A program made the position numbers and the translations under genes. Source: Escherichia phage JLBYU08. Taken from it: a stretch of 64,000 nt of DNA. The notes under the pieces were generated by a model. That model was not told where the DNA came from. It did no database searches and saw only the letters and a program-made list of their open reading frames with translations. Below, in pieces: positions 47,579 to 56,697 of this stretch. The stretch's first letter is position 1. Each line of letters starts with the position of its first letter. The stretch lies in sequence record OK272482.1. The stretch is one strand, 5' to 3'.

Positions 47579-47761
47579 AAAATCCATTTCTGAAAACGAA
47601 AAATCGATTTCGTCCCCAAAAATTTCAGGTTGAGAGCCGGAACGATTTCCAGAAAATCCGATTCAGAAAACGAAAAACAGATCGAGTACTGAGAAATTTA
47701 TCGAGAAAAATTTTCAGAAAATCCAAGCCCTGAAATGAAAAGTAGATCGAGTACCTGGAAA
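47579..47761. repeat. degenerate tandem repeats (CAGAAAAYCC ... AGATCGAGTAC units)
   Basis: TTCAGAAAA(C/T) four times and AGATCGAGTAC twice at about 65-bp spacing. Confidence 0.5.
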
Positions 47762-48066
47762 GCTGCACCGCAACTTCAAGATAGCGGTTAGATTGTTACC
47801 ATAGAAGGTCAAGGGTAAGTGGAGGAAGTTCTAGTAGAGAGAGGTTAGCATGTGTGGGAAATCTATAATGGTGGCCTGGAATATGGTGCAAACGATAGGA
47901 TGAGTTATTCAGCTTGTCGCGCCTACTCTGAAAAATCCATTTTAGTTTTCGATCCATTTTCTGATTTTCTAAGAATTTTAAAATATCCAGCCCGGTGAAA
48001 TATCAAAAGGAGGAAATCCATTTTAGAAATCCCCCTTATACTTGATATGCCAGAAATTTTCAAGTA

Positions 48067-48396
48067 TCAGTTGTCTTTGTTTTTAGGTTTGTACATGCGC
48101 AGAGGTATGGTCTTTGTAACATTCCATTTCCTCAACCCTTCCCAGCTCCAGTTGTGGGCGTGGTATCCGGTTATGCATGCACTACTGGAGTGATCGTAAG
48201 CATAAGAGAACGCTAAGCGCACCAGGTGGGGCCAGTCCTTCCATGGTTGTGGACCGTAAGCTTTTCTCCAACACCGACACAAACTAAATGTCTCAAGGAT
48301 AGGAAGGATAACAAACCCATACACTGTCACCAAAATAGCCAGTGCAATGATTGTCAGGAATACATACCCTGCAGTTGAAATGATGATCTCTGTCAT
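48067..48396 (-). CDS. membrane protein
   Basis: N-terminal TM. Confidence 0.45.
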   Translation of the reverse strand: MTEIIISTAGYVFLTIIALAILVTVYGFVILPILETFSLCRCWRKAYGPQPWKDWPHLVRLAFSYAYDHSSSACITGYHAHNWSWEGLRKWNVTKTIPLRMYKPKNKDN

Positions 48397-48656
48397 TTGT
48401 CCTCCCCTTTCTTACGAATATAGATGTGAGATCCTGCCTGTATATAAATTTCTCGACCATCTTCTGCAAAGATATGAAATACACGATCACCTTCGTACTC
48501 GATACGAGATATTTTCATAATGGTCTTTCCACCTGGGATACGGATCTCGTCCCCCACAGCGATGTTCCATGCAGATTTAAGCTTAAACATCTGCACCTTC
48601 CTTTGGGAGCTCGAACTCTGGCATAGCCATATACGCCACAACAGGGTTGTAATCAA
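48393..48656 (-). CDS. hypothetical protein
   Basis: 87-aa ORF. Confidence 0.4.
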   Translation of the reverse strand: MITTLLWRIWLCQSSSSQRKVQMFKLKSAWNIAVGDEIRIPGGKTIMKISRIEYEGDRVFHIFAEDGREIYIQAGSHIYIRKKGEDK

Positions 48657-48828
48657 AGTAGAAATGACCGTTAATTATCCCAGTTTTGTGAGCATAGTCA
48701 CCAGATCCTGCAAGAACAACCTCGCAAACTCCGAAATCAACCTTGCCATTCTCATCTGCCATGGCTACAATATACTTTCCTAGAGGCATGTTTTTAACGC
48801 CGTCTACAAATGTCCACCCTTTGTTCAT
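48583..48828 (-). CDS. hypothetical protein
   Basis: 81-aa ORF, overlaps neighbour; start uncertain. Confidence 0.35.
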   Translation of the reverse strand: MNKGWTFVDGVKNMPLGKYIVAMADENGKVDFGVCEVVLAGSGDYAHKTGIINGHFYFDYNPVVAYMAMPEFELPKEGADV

Positions 48829-48849
48829 AACTTTATCTCCTGGACTTTC

Positions 48850-49182
48850 TTAAGGTAACCAGTAAACAATTTCGCCTTTCAGTTCCATGTCGTTACCGAC
48901 ATAGATTTTCCAGCCATCCATTTTAGCCACTGCAGGAGTGAAGTCCGAAGAACCACTAACCTCTTTCCAAGTCCCGTAGTCAGGTTGCCAGATATAGAAT
49001 CCACCTTCCTTGTCCCATGCTCCATATACCACATCGAGCAGGTTGCCCATTGCAACAATAGTAGGCCGTGGGAATAATACACCTACAGATGCACCACAAT
49101 TTCGGGTAGATTTTAAATTACAATCCCAAAAGATGTCTGCCAGTGTGGCGGCAATAGCTTTACGTCTTTCCAATGTTACCAT
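48850..49182 (-). CDS. hypothetical protein
   Basis: 110-aa ORF. Confidence 0.45.
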   Translation of the reverse strand: MVTLERRKAIAATLADIFWDCNLKSTRNCGASVGVLFPRPTIVAMGNLLDVVYGAWDKEGGFYIWQPDYGTWKEVSGSSDFTPAVAKMDGWKIYVGNDMELKGEIVYWLP

Positions 49183-49192
49183 GGCACGATAC

Positions 49193-49384
49193 TCACTTGT
49201 TGTTAAGAAGTTCTAAAACTTTCTGTTTTACTTTGTCAAGGTCTGTGGATTCAAAAACTGTACGATATCCCCAACTTTGCCCATAGGAGTGACTGCAATC
49301 CCCGTAGCACCATTGCTCAATTTGATAGTATTCAAGGAAGGGGTGCTGTCTAACTATGATACCATCCCGGTTAAAAATTACCAT
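49193..49384 (-). CDS. hypothetical protein
   Basis: 63-aa ORF. Confidence 0.4.
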   Translation of the reverse strand: MVIFNRDGIIVRQHPFLEYYQIEQWCYGDCSHSYGQSWGYRTVFESTDLDKVKQKVLELLNNK

Positions 49385-49447
49385 AATACATCACTCTCTG
49401 TTAGTTTATGCATATATTATACACTGCAGTTTTCAGATGTCAATCTT

Positions 49448-49699
49448 TTACAGGTTACTCCAGTATAATCGGCATTTACATTTTGGGCAATGAGGTTCTT
49501 TTATGTAATAACCATCAGTCTTTGGAACACTTTTTGGTGCAGTTTTAAGATTGTACCTGGTAAAACATCGGAAGCAGGTTACCTCTCCCACCTGTTGATC
49601 GTTGATCCACTCACCAGAGTAAAGCTCTTTCTTGTTTCTCATAATTCTCTCCCAAATCCTCTGCAATCTTATACCAAAATCTCCAGCCAGAAAGCACAC
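49448..49699 (-). CDS. zinc-ribbon protein
   Basis: CFRC ... CPKCKC Cys pairs. Confidence 0.4.
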   Translation of the reverse strand: MCFLAGDFGIRLQRIWERIMRNKKELYSGEWINDQQVGEVTCFRCFTRYNLKTAPKSVPKTDGYYIKEPHCPKCKCRLYWSNL

Positions 49700-49893
49700 G
49701 GGAACACCTTGAGGATTGAATCTTTACTTGGCTCGGAAGTTCTTTTTCCGTATGGTAGGTAGAAATACCCCCCTGCAGATTCGAATATAGCTCCTTCGGT
49801 TGTATCTACCACAGCAAGAATTAAGATTTTAGTCTCCACAGTGCTCTCCTCTCTTAGTTGTTGTGGAAACTATATCACCTCAGAAGATGGTCG

Positions 49894-50352
49894 TCAACAC
49901 TTTTTGTACTCTACTACAACCACATCAATATCTGTGGTTGCAAGATTAATTACATCTTCTACATGTTCCCACTTTAGACCGCCAATACCGCATCCAATTT
50001 TAGGAATGTAGAACGGCAATGACACACCTTTGAATACCTCGTTGACTCGCTCAAAACCTTTCATTATTGAGAAGTATTCAGCATTGGGCCCTGGGTAGAA
50101 CTGGGTATACAGGTTGATTCCATATACGACCCTGTTCTTGGCAAAATGCTCCCAACAAGAAAACATACCCAGCTTGTCCAGATTACCATAGGCAGTCTCT
50201 TTGTCGGCTGCCAGTGCTTGAGGGAACTCACGGGCAATATCTTTCGCTATGCCTGCACCCATTGTATGAAAGCAGTTACAACCGTGGATCAGGTGACCAG
50301 CACCGCTCTTAAAAAGGGAGATTAAATCTCCCGCTACAGTATCAATAATCAC
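49894..50352 (-). CDS. macro-domain protein (ADP-ribose binding/hydrolase-like)
   Basis: IHGCNCFHTMGAGIAKDI and IPKIGCGIGGL blocks fit macro-domain glycine-rich motifs. Confidence 0.55.
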   Translation of the reverse strand: MIIDTVAGDLISLFKSGAGHLIHGCNCFHTMGAGIAKDIAREFPQALAADKETAYGNLDKLGMFSCWEHFAKNRVVYGINLYTQFYPGPNAEYFSIMKGFERVNEVFKGVSLPFYIPKIGCGIGGLKWEHVEDVINLATTDIDVVVVEYKKC

Positions 50353-50767
50353 GGTATGTTAGCTCCTCTTCCGCAATTTCAAAAAACTCATCCCAACCTT
50401 GTGGCATATTTGAGTTGCCGAAGTGGCTTTCATAGTAAAGGTTCTCACCACTTGGGAGATAGAAATCTGTTACCTCGTAGAATCCACAATCGTCGCACTC
50501 GCCTTCTTCAAACTTGGCCTCAACCTTAATACCTAGGAAGGTGAAAAGTTTATGGATATCTTCAGTTTCGAACTCCCAGAAGATATTGTTTTCCGCATCG
50601 GTGTAGAACTGGATCAGCAGACCATTATCCAGTTTACCAAAATATTCTGTGAAGTAACTACCTTCCCAGAAATCTTTATGACAAATAATATCCATGCGCT
50701 TGCCCATGATAAAGGTGTGGGCGTTTTGGGCATCGTCACGAATCAGTTTTGGCATTTCATAGATCAT
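50342..50767 (-). CDS. hypothetical acidic protein
   Basis: 141-aa ORF. Confidence 0.45.
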   Translation of the reverse strand: MIYEMPKLIRDDAQNAHTFIMGKRMDIICHKDFWEGSYFTEYFGKLDNGLLIQFYTDAENNIFWEFETEDIHKLFTFLGIKVEAKFEEGECDDCGFYEVTDFYLPSGENLYYESHFGNSNMPQGWDEFFEIAEEELTYRDY

Positions 50768-50835
50768 CTTAGTTCTCCGGGTTCAACAGGTGGGGGTGCT
50801 ACAGGAAGATCATAAAACATAGCTATCACAGTCTC

Positions 50836-51033
50836 TTACACAGGAATTGCTTCAAACAGGCCGTTATCTATACCGTCCTTCAGATAGAGATTATATTCTA
50901 TGTCGGTATCTGTATAAAGGGCAGCATCCAGCATTCTATCTGTGAGTCCATCCATTGGGTGGAGAAACCACCACCCACGCCAGTCAAAGTAACAGCCTGG
51001 TGCATCTTCTCTTACACGGATTCGATAAATCAT
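50836..51033 (-). CDS. hypothetical protein
   Basis: 65-aa ORF. Confidence 0.4.
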   Translation of the reverse strand: MIYRIRVREDAPGCYFDWRGWWFLHPMDGLTDRMLDAALYTDTDIEYNLYLKDGIDNGLFEAIPV

Positions 51034-51129
51034 GGGCAGTGGCCTCCTGTTAGTTATACATCCCAGTTTTCTTCGTTCATCACGTCCTCCCGTTCTATGA
51101 AGTTATAATTGCACACCTTTCCACCTGTG

Positions 51130-51546
51130 TCAACAGAAAACTTCAACAAACTCTTCCACAGTTTTAATGTCGTGGGAAAAAGGTTTACGGCTATAACGGG
51201 CAATAGCACTATCAACCACCGCCCGGTACTCCAAATCTTCAGAATATTTCATGAAGCATTGCAGCGTCTCTGGGCAGATAGCTAAATAGCTCCACCACCC
51301 TTCTTCAGATTGGTAGTCGAATCCCATACTTTCCAACCATGAAGCATATACTCCTGCACCCTCAAGCCAGTGAGTATTTTCATCCAGAAACTTGTTAATA
51401 GACATGTGAGCTTCTAAGCATTTATCCAGCTCTTTTCCGTTAACCAGCCACGCACTGACCGTGGCGCATCCAAGGTCTACAGATTGAGTTGACAGGTTGT
51501 ATTGGTCATAGTTCTCAGGTTTAACAATGATATCTTCTAATGTCAT
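51130..51546 (-). CDS. hypothetical protein
   Basis: 138-aa ORF. Confidence 0.45.
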   Translation of the reverse strand: MTLEDIIVKPENYDQYNLSTQSVDLGCATVSAWLVNGKELDKCLEAHMSINKFLDENTHWLEGAGVYASWLESMGFDYQSEEGWWSYLAICPETLQCFMKYSEDLEYRAVVDSAIARYSRKPFSHDIKTVEEFVEVFC

Positions 51547-51608
51547 TTTTTAGATCTCCTTATACAAAAATGCCCCACCCTTTCGGGCAGGGCTATGTTA
51601 ACTAAATG

Positions 51609-52835
51609 TTAAAATGGGATGTCATCATCAAAGACGTACTGTGCTGGATTCTGATCCATTGGGTCATCTTCCGCATCATTTACAGGAGGAGCGTCTACAG
51701 TGTTTTGCTGTGGAGCTGCTTCCTGTTTGGCAGCCTGAGGTTCTTGATGGTCAGTGGACTCAGCACCGTTCTTGATCCAATCGTACAACGGCTCAGCTAG
51801 ATTAGTCAAGACATCTTTTGCTTCTGCAGTAATTGCCACTGCAAAATCATCAACTTTCGTTTTCTTGTCAATACGGCGACAAGCGTTCAACACCGCATTA
51901 CCGACACTGGCACCTACTTCATCTTCAGTTCGGTTGGTGGCTTGAGCATACTCTTTCTTAAGCTCAATGGTGACTACGTGCAGTGTTTTAGCCACGCCCA
52001 GTGGGTCGTCTACCTTAAACCCGCGATCCAGGATGATCTGCAACGCATTGATGCTATGCCCCGTTTCCACACCGATAGGGTCGTAAGAGGATTTACGCTT
52101 GCCACCAGAGCCTTGAGTGCCGTTCTCTGCCTTAGGGGGATAGGCCTTGAAACCACTGATAATGTTTCCGGTGTCTTTGTCAACAATGGCTGCAACACGA
52201 CCACCTACCACCAGGTCTTTAAGCTGCTCATCAGTTACAACCATAGCACCTTCGCCAATCTTGTGGTCATTAACAGTAACCACGTTGCCAACAATCTGAG
52301 TCACATCACCATAGATGCGTAAAACGTCCTGATTGGCATTCTGCTGAGGTTTCTGCTTCTGGCCTTGTGATTGTGCACCTTGTTGCTGTTTTTGCTGCTG
52401 AGTCGCTGCTGGAGCCTCTCCTGCACCCAGCTTAACCATCTTAGCCAGTGAGCCCTTGTAATAGGTCTTACCGTTATGCTCGTTTGCCTTCAAAGGGATA
52501 TTTACGATCCATCCTGGCGTTACGGTTTCCCACTTGTCATCAATCTTAACAGAGACAGAGTCTTGATGACCTGGTTTAAGCAGCTTATCACCCATGCTGA
52601 TCCAGACTTCTTCACCACCTTGAAGCAGGTTATCAGAGGAATCCAGTTCAGAAATCAGTAAAGAGATGGTGTGGCTGGATTCAATTTTCTTACCTTGCCA
52701 CACAGTGGTTTTAATACCTGTTGTAGGATCAGCACCTTTGATAGGCTTAATGCTAACACGTTTAATCATGCCGTGAGCCAGTAAAACAGTTTCACGCGGA
52801 TTCATTGGGTTAGCGAATTGTTGAATAACGCTCAT
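51609..52835 (-). CDS. ssDNA-binding protein-like, with bacterial SSB C-terminal tip DDDIPF
   Basis: Gln/Gly-rich linker, acidic tail ending ...FDDDIPF identical to the E. coli SSB tip; sits beside Pol A and primase-helicase. Confidence 0.5.
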   Translation of the reverse strand: MSVIQQFANPMNPRETVLLAHGMIKRVSIKPIKGADPTTGIKTTVWQGKKIESSHTISLLISELDSSDNLLQGGEEVWISMGDKLLKPGHQDSVSVKIDDKWETVTPGWIVNIPLKANEHNGKTYYKGSLAKMVKLGAGEAPAATQQQKQQQGAQSQGQKQKPQQNANQDVLRIYGDVTQIVGNVVTVNDHKIGEGAMVVTDEQLKDLVVGGRVAAIVDKDTGNIISGFKAYPPKAENGTQGSGGKRKSSYDPIGVETGHSINALQIILDRGFKVDDPLGVAKTLHVVTIELKKEYAQATNRTEDEVGASVGNAVLNACRRIDKKTKVDDFAVAITAEAKDVLTNLAEPLYDWIKNGAESTDHQEPQAAKQEAAPQQNTVDAPPVNDAEDDPMDQNPAQYVFDDDIPF

Positions 52836-53200
52836 TATTTATCTCCTTGTTCTTCGTTAGTGTTTGCCGTGTGTGCAAACCCTGCTTGAATTAATTTGTC
52901 CTGAACTTGAGCCAACAGGCCCATTGCAAAACTTGTGGTCCCAGAGAGGGCCATTAGCATATCTCGTTGTTGAGCTACCCAACCTAAGGCATAGTCCAAA
53001 CGACGATATTTTTCTTCTTCGCGCAGAGCCTGAAATAATTGTTCAGCCTCCGGTTGTTGTGTGAGCTCCTGAAGTCTTCCCATGAAAGAAGAAAGCACTA
53101 GCAAAAGAGACACTTGATCTTTACTTAACCCTAAGAAAAATTCTTGAGGTTGTTCTTGCTCGTTCATCGCAACCGACTCTTGATCGTTCATTTGTTCCAT
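52835..53200 (-). CDS. hypothetical acidic protein
   Basis: 121-aa ORF. Confidence 0.45.
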   Translation of the reverse strand: MEQMNDQESVAMNEQEQPQEFFLGLSKDQVSLLLVLSSFMGRLQELTQQPEAEQLFQALREEEKYRRLDYALGWVAQQRDMLMALSGTTSFAMGLLAQVQDKLIQAGFAHTANTNEEQGDK

Positions 53201-53283
53201 TATGGAATCTCCGATTTTATTTGAACAACATAGAAGGAGACACTATTTTAGCATCCCCTTCTGTAAATTACAATAGGTATTTG

Positions 53284-53529
53284 TTAGTCAATCACTTCAA
53301 AAGTTCCCCAATTCCCGTCCAGCAGGCAGGTGATCGGATCCCCATCGTCGTCAAAGATTTCAAAGTTCTCAGCATCCAGGATGTGGCCCTCGAACACAAT
53401 ACTTTCGTCGCCACCACCAGAAATAACAGCGTATTCCTTACCTTGAGTCAAGTTTTGACATCCTTTGCCACCAAAACCTACTTCAACACAACGTACTTTC
53501 TGTCCTGCGCGAGCAACTACTTCAGTCAT
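53284..53529 (-). CDS. hypothetical protein
   Basis: 81-aa ORF. Confidence 0.45.
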   Translation of the reverse strand: MTEVVARAGQKVRCVEVGFGGKGCQNLTQGKEYAVISGGGDESIVFEGHILDAENFEIFDDDGDPITCLLDGNWGTFEVID

Positions 53530-53546
53530 CTTAAGGTCTCCTGATA

Positions 53547-53867
53547 TTAATCGTCAAGTTCAAAATAGATTTTAACAGCTTCATCAAAGATTGGAATCCC
53601 GATGTTGTTGATAAGCTGCCAAACTACCATATCTTTGCCTGGGTCTGGGAGAATGTCAACCTTTCTCCATGCGCTGTATATCCAGTTTGGACCACCTTCT
53701 GCACTAACTGGCAGATTTTCACCAGCCTCCTGCAGATACTTATACAGCAAAAGATATTCTGGATACTCTAGAACACTGTCCTCTGTAGTATATAGCAGTT
53801 CACGGTATACTTTTAAGAACCCTGCTGGGGTGATGTTTTCAGTCTTCATTTGCTGCTTCTCCCGCAT
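53547..53867 (-). CDS. hypothetical protein
   Basis: 106-aa ORF. Confidence 0.45.
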   Translation of the reverse strand: MREKQQMKTENITPAGFLKVYRELLYTTEDSVLEYPEYLLLYKYLQEAGENLPVSAEGGPNWIYSAWRKVDILPDPGKDMVVWQLINNIGIPIFDEAVKIYFELDD

Positions 53868-54231
53868 TCATCAGATCTGCCATAGCGTCACCCACGAAGA
53901 GAACAACCACATCGTTTACCGCGTCAGCATCATCTTTGTTGACGTTGCTGAATTTAGGACACACAGCAATAATCATATAGACACCGTTACCAACCTGAAC
54001 TGTCCGTGTGGTGCACATCATGGTGGTATTTGTGCCTTCTTTGAAGGCGAAGCCTTGAAGACGCTCCTCTAAAGTGTTACCGGTAGATTTCAGAAGCGCC
54101 AGCTCGTCCAAGGCATAGATGATATCTCCGGAAGTTAGTGTTGCCTTGCCATCAGACACCATAATAACTCCATCAGCACCGTCAAGCTTAGAGGCTTCAA
54201 AGATATCAATATCCCAAATATTTTTCATCAC
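53839..54231 (-). CDS. hypothetical protein
   Basis: 130-aa ORF. Confidence 0.45.
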   Translation of the reverse strand: MMKNIWDIDIFEASKLDGADGVIMVSDGKATLTSGDIIYALDELALLKSTGNTLEERLQGFAFKEGTNTTMMCTTRTVQVGNGVYMIIAVCPKFSNVNKDDADAVNDVVVLFVGDAMADLMNAGEAANED

Positions 54232-54548
54232 GCTTCCTCGTCGTCTAAAGAGTTGAAGATTTCACCGAAGTATTCTAAGACTTCTAGCTCCCGTGTGGTG
54301 CAGAAAACACAGTCACCGTTGTCATCCTCGATAACGGCCTCTTTACCCAGCACATCTACTTCAAGTTTATCGTTCAACAGGACAGCCCCTGTGTAAACTT
54401 TGTCGGCTGTGCAGTCCCGAAAAGCAGAGTCTTTCTCCAGATAGTCTGGCTTAACCTTGGCTTTAATTCGTTGGTATTGTTTGGTCATTGCTGTGGTCCC
54501 CTTTCGTTTTGATAGGGCCATTATATTAGGCTCCATCACTGTTGTCAA
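54228..54548 (-). CDS. hypothetical protein
   Basis: 106-aa ORF. Confidence 0.45.
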   Translation of the reverse strand: MTTVMEPNIMALSKRKGTTAMTKQYQRIKAKVKPDYLEKDSAFRDCTADKVYTGAVLLNDKLEVDVLGKEAVIEDDNGDCVFCTTRELEVLEYFGEIFNSLDDEEA

Positions 54549-54551
54549 GTA

Positions 54552-54779
54552 TTAATGTTCAGGTTTTACAAAAACTACTTCATTAACAGTGCACCAGACA
54601 GAGTCTCCTTCATCATCTTTAAAGGTAAGGCACTGTGCTGAGTTTTCCAGCTCATCGATCTCTTCTTGTGATAAAGGGGCCCCTTCTTCCAGGAGGGCTT
54701 TTACCAGGGGGGTTCTCACAAAACTCTGCTTCATAAATTGCACCGACTGTGCAATCTTTAAAAGCTCGGTCATTTGCAA
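54552..54779 (-). CDS. hypothetical protein
   Basis: 75-aa ORF. Confidence 0.4.
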   Translation of the reverse strand: MQMTELLKIAQSVQFMKQSFVRTPLVKALLEEGAPLSQEEIDELENSAQCLTFKDDEGDSVWCTVNEVVFVKPEH

Positions 54780-54883
54780 CGCATTCTGACTTCAAAGTAA
54801 TTTTCATCTTGGCAGTCTCCTTAGTTATTTAAAAATCAACGCTCTGTTTGTGTGAAACATCTTATATCTAATCTTACTTCTTG

Positions 54884-55282
54884 TCAATGACTATTTTCAA
54901 TCAGCCACACAGGGTCGAGGTAAATTTGTTGGCGTGTTGCCCAATGACAAACTTCATTGTACATCTGAACCTCTTTGTCTGTCAATTCACGAATAGGCTC
55001 ATCTATACCCTCATTTTTGTGGTAATCCCAGTCGGCATCGATTTCCCACAGCCATGACTTGTTGTCACCACGCTTACGCACACAGAAGTCACCAGGACGG
55101 CCTGCCAGTGCATTTAAGAACTCGTTCTCTGCTCGCTCCTGAAGAATGCTAAGGAGCAAAACGTTAGAACATGACCGTAGAATATGCTTCAGCTCACAAT
55201 CATCAATCTCAACTTCAATACGCTGTTTGACTGTGTGAGTACCTTTTACTAACATCCTGCCTCCCCTATACAAACTCTGCAA
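54884..55282 (-). CDS. hypothetical protein
   Basis: 132-aa ORF. Confidence 0.45.
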   Translation of the reverse strand: MQSLYRGGRMLVKGTHTVKQRIEVEIDDCELKHILRSCSNVLLLSILQERAENEFLNALAGRPGDFCVRKRGDNKSWLWEIDADWDYHKNEGIDEPIRELTDKEVQMYNEVCHWATRQQIYLDPVWLIENSH

Positions 55283-55460
55283 GTGTTGTGTTGTTCACTG
55301 CACCGCAGTAAATGGAGTATCCCAGCCCATTAAAGTGCAGAAACCACGGCGTGCCGGAATTATCTTTCACGTAGACATCGCCGTTGCTTGTAAAGGGCCA
55401 ATATTCTTCACCAAGGGTGAAATACCTACTCATACCCTCAGCCAGATACTTTACTTTCAT
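55266..55460 (-). CDS. hypothetical protein, member of a three-gene paralog run
   Basis: GTPWFLHFNGLGYSIY block. Confidence 0.45.
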   Translation of the reverse strand: MKVKYLAEGMSRYFTLGEEYWPFTSNGDVYVKDNSGTPWFLHFNGLGYSIYCGAVNNTTLAEFV

Positions 55461-55684
55461 AGGCCCTCTTCAACAGCTACAAACTTGGCAAGCAGGGTGG
55501 TTCCGTAGATATGATACTCACCGTTTGCCAGATGGGAGATAAACCAGGCAATCCCTTCCTCGTCTTTAATCATCTTGTTTGCACGATTTTTATCGTAATA
55601 AACCTCGTAGGTCTTTCCTTCTTTAAAGAATGACAGGTCTGTCATCTTTTCTTCTACAAAGGTAGCTTTAACCAAAGTCGTCAT
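55457..55684 (-). CDS. hypothetical protein, paralog
   Basis: GIAWFISHLANGEYHIY block. Confidence 0.45.
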   Translation of the reverse strand: MTTLVKATFVEEKMTDLSFFKEGKTYEVYYDKNRANKMIKDEEGIAWFISHLANGEYHIYGTTLLAKFVAVEEGL

Positions 55685-55998
55685 TGATCGGTCTCCTTCT
55701 TGTTAAGTCTGAATACTGCAATAATAGCATTCCCAAGGTGCAGTGTCAAGTCATTTCCAAGATACCACAGCATCCCACGGTCATCTTTAATGAAAGGGTA
55801 ACAATCTGGTGCCTTCCAGACATTGTACACTTTCCCAACCTGAAAGAAATCAGGCCCTGTTGGGATTTTGGTGCCAGGCCACACTTGAGATACCTGAACA
55901 CACTCCACCTGCATAATAACAGGAATGGTCATGGATGTAAATGTTTTTGTTGGCTCTACTACCATAAAAGTCTCCTCTTTGCTCAACAACACTTCCAT
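55681..55998 (-). CDS. hypothetical protein, paralog
   Basis: GMLWYLGNDLTLHLGNAI block; start moved to ATG 55998 to clear Pol A exon 2. Confidence 0.4.
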   Translation of the reverse strand: MEVLLSKEETFMVVEPTKTFTSMTIPVIMQVECVQVSQVWPGTKIPTGPDFFQVGKVYNVWKAPDCYPFIKDDRGMLWYLGNDLTLHLGNAIIAVFRLNKKETDQ

Positions 55999-56014
55999 GT
56001 GTTGATAGTTTACA

Positions 56015-56368
56015 TTAGTGACAATCACCCCAATTACGACCACACAAGTATTCACCTGTGATCTGGAACGGGACTCCCATCATTTTAGAAGCTTGCCAGA
56101 AGCAATGTACCACCATTTCGCCCACAGGACTCCAGATAAGTTCAAGCTTTCCGTCATCGTTCAAGATAGGATCGTACACCGTGTTTCCGTCTCTGTCAAC
56201 CACTTCGTTTCCGTTTTCATCCTTGCGTGCCTTTTTGTACTTATGACCGTCGAACACATGAAGTTTGGCCTCCTGCTCTGCCTTAAATGCTTCCAATTCT
56301 TCAATTGTGTCGAAGGTGTACACAGTCTTATACTTCGGTGTGTCAGGTACTTGAAGCTGATATTCATC
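56015..56368 (-). CDS. DNA polymerase family A, exon 2 (C-terminal part including motif C Asp-Glu)
   Basis: Begins DEYQLQV and ends ...GEYLCGRNWGDCH, like the T7 gp5 C-terminus ...TEGKMGPNWAICH. Confidence 0.65.
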   Translation of the reverse strand, partial: DEYQLQVPDTPKYKTVYTFDTIEELEAFKAEQEAKLHVFDGHKYKKARKDENGNEVVDRDGNTVYDPILNDDGKLELIWSPVGEMVVHCFWQASKMMGVPFQITGEYLCGRNWGDCH

Positions 56369-56697
56369 CATCTGTTCAGGTAGGTCGTTAAGCTACCCCG
56401 CACCATTACGTGCATAGCCATACAGTTTCCTGTATGGATCGGACTACCTCACTGCCTTGGTAACAAGGCACCTCCCATTTCGACCGCACTTGCTGGCCTA
56501 CTCTACTCGCTTCTTCACACCAACCTATGTTGGAGCTATGCTTTCGATAGTCTCTGAACGTTCATCCTCTCGGATGCTTCGCTGCGGATTAGCATATTGA
56601 GCTTTTACCATACTCAGGTGTAAAAGTCAACTTAGCTTTCCCGTCAATTAAAGAGGTTATTCGACATAGATCACTCTATGAAGCCACAATGTTATTT
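56369..56697 (-). other. group I self-splicing intron (no internal ORF)
   Basis: Minus-strand core elements P AATTGACGGGAAAGC, Q AATCCGCAGC, R GTTCAGAGACTA, S GTAGTCCGATCC; exon 1 ends in U, intron ends in G; boundaries inferred. Confidence 0.7.

Noticed and set aside
56692-56697. Pol A as two separately translated polypeptides (stop at 56692 taken at face value)
   Set aside because: Intervening sequence has all four group I core elements and splicing restores motif C exactly, so an intron is the better explanation
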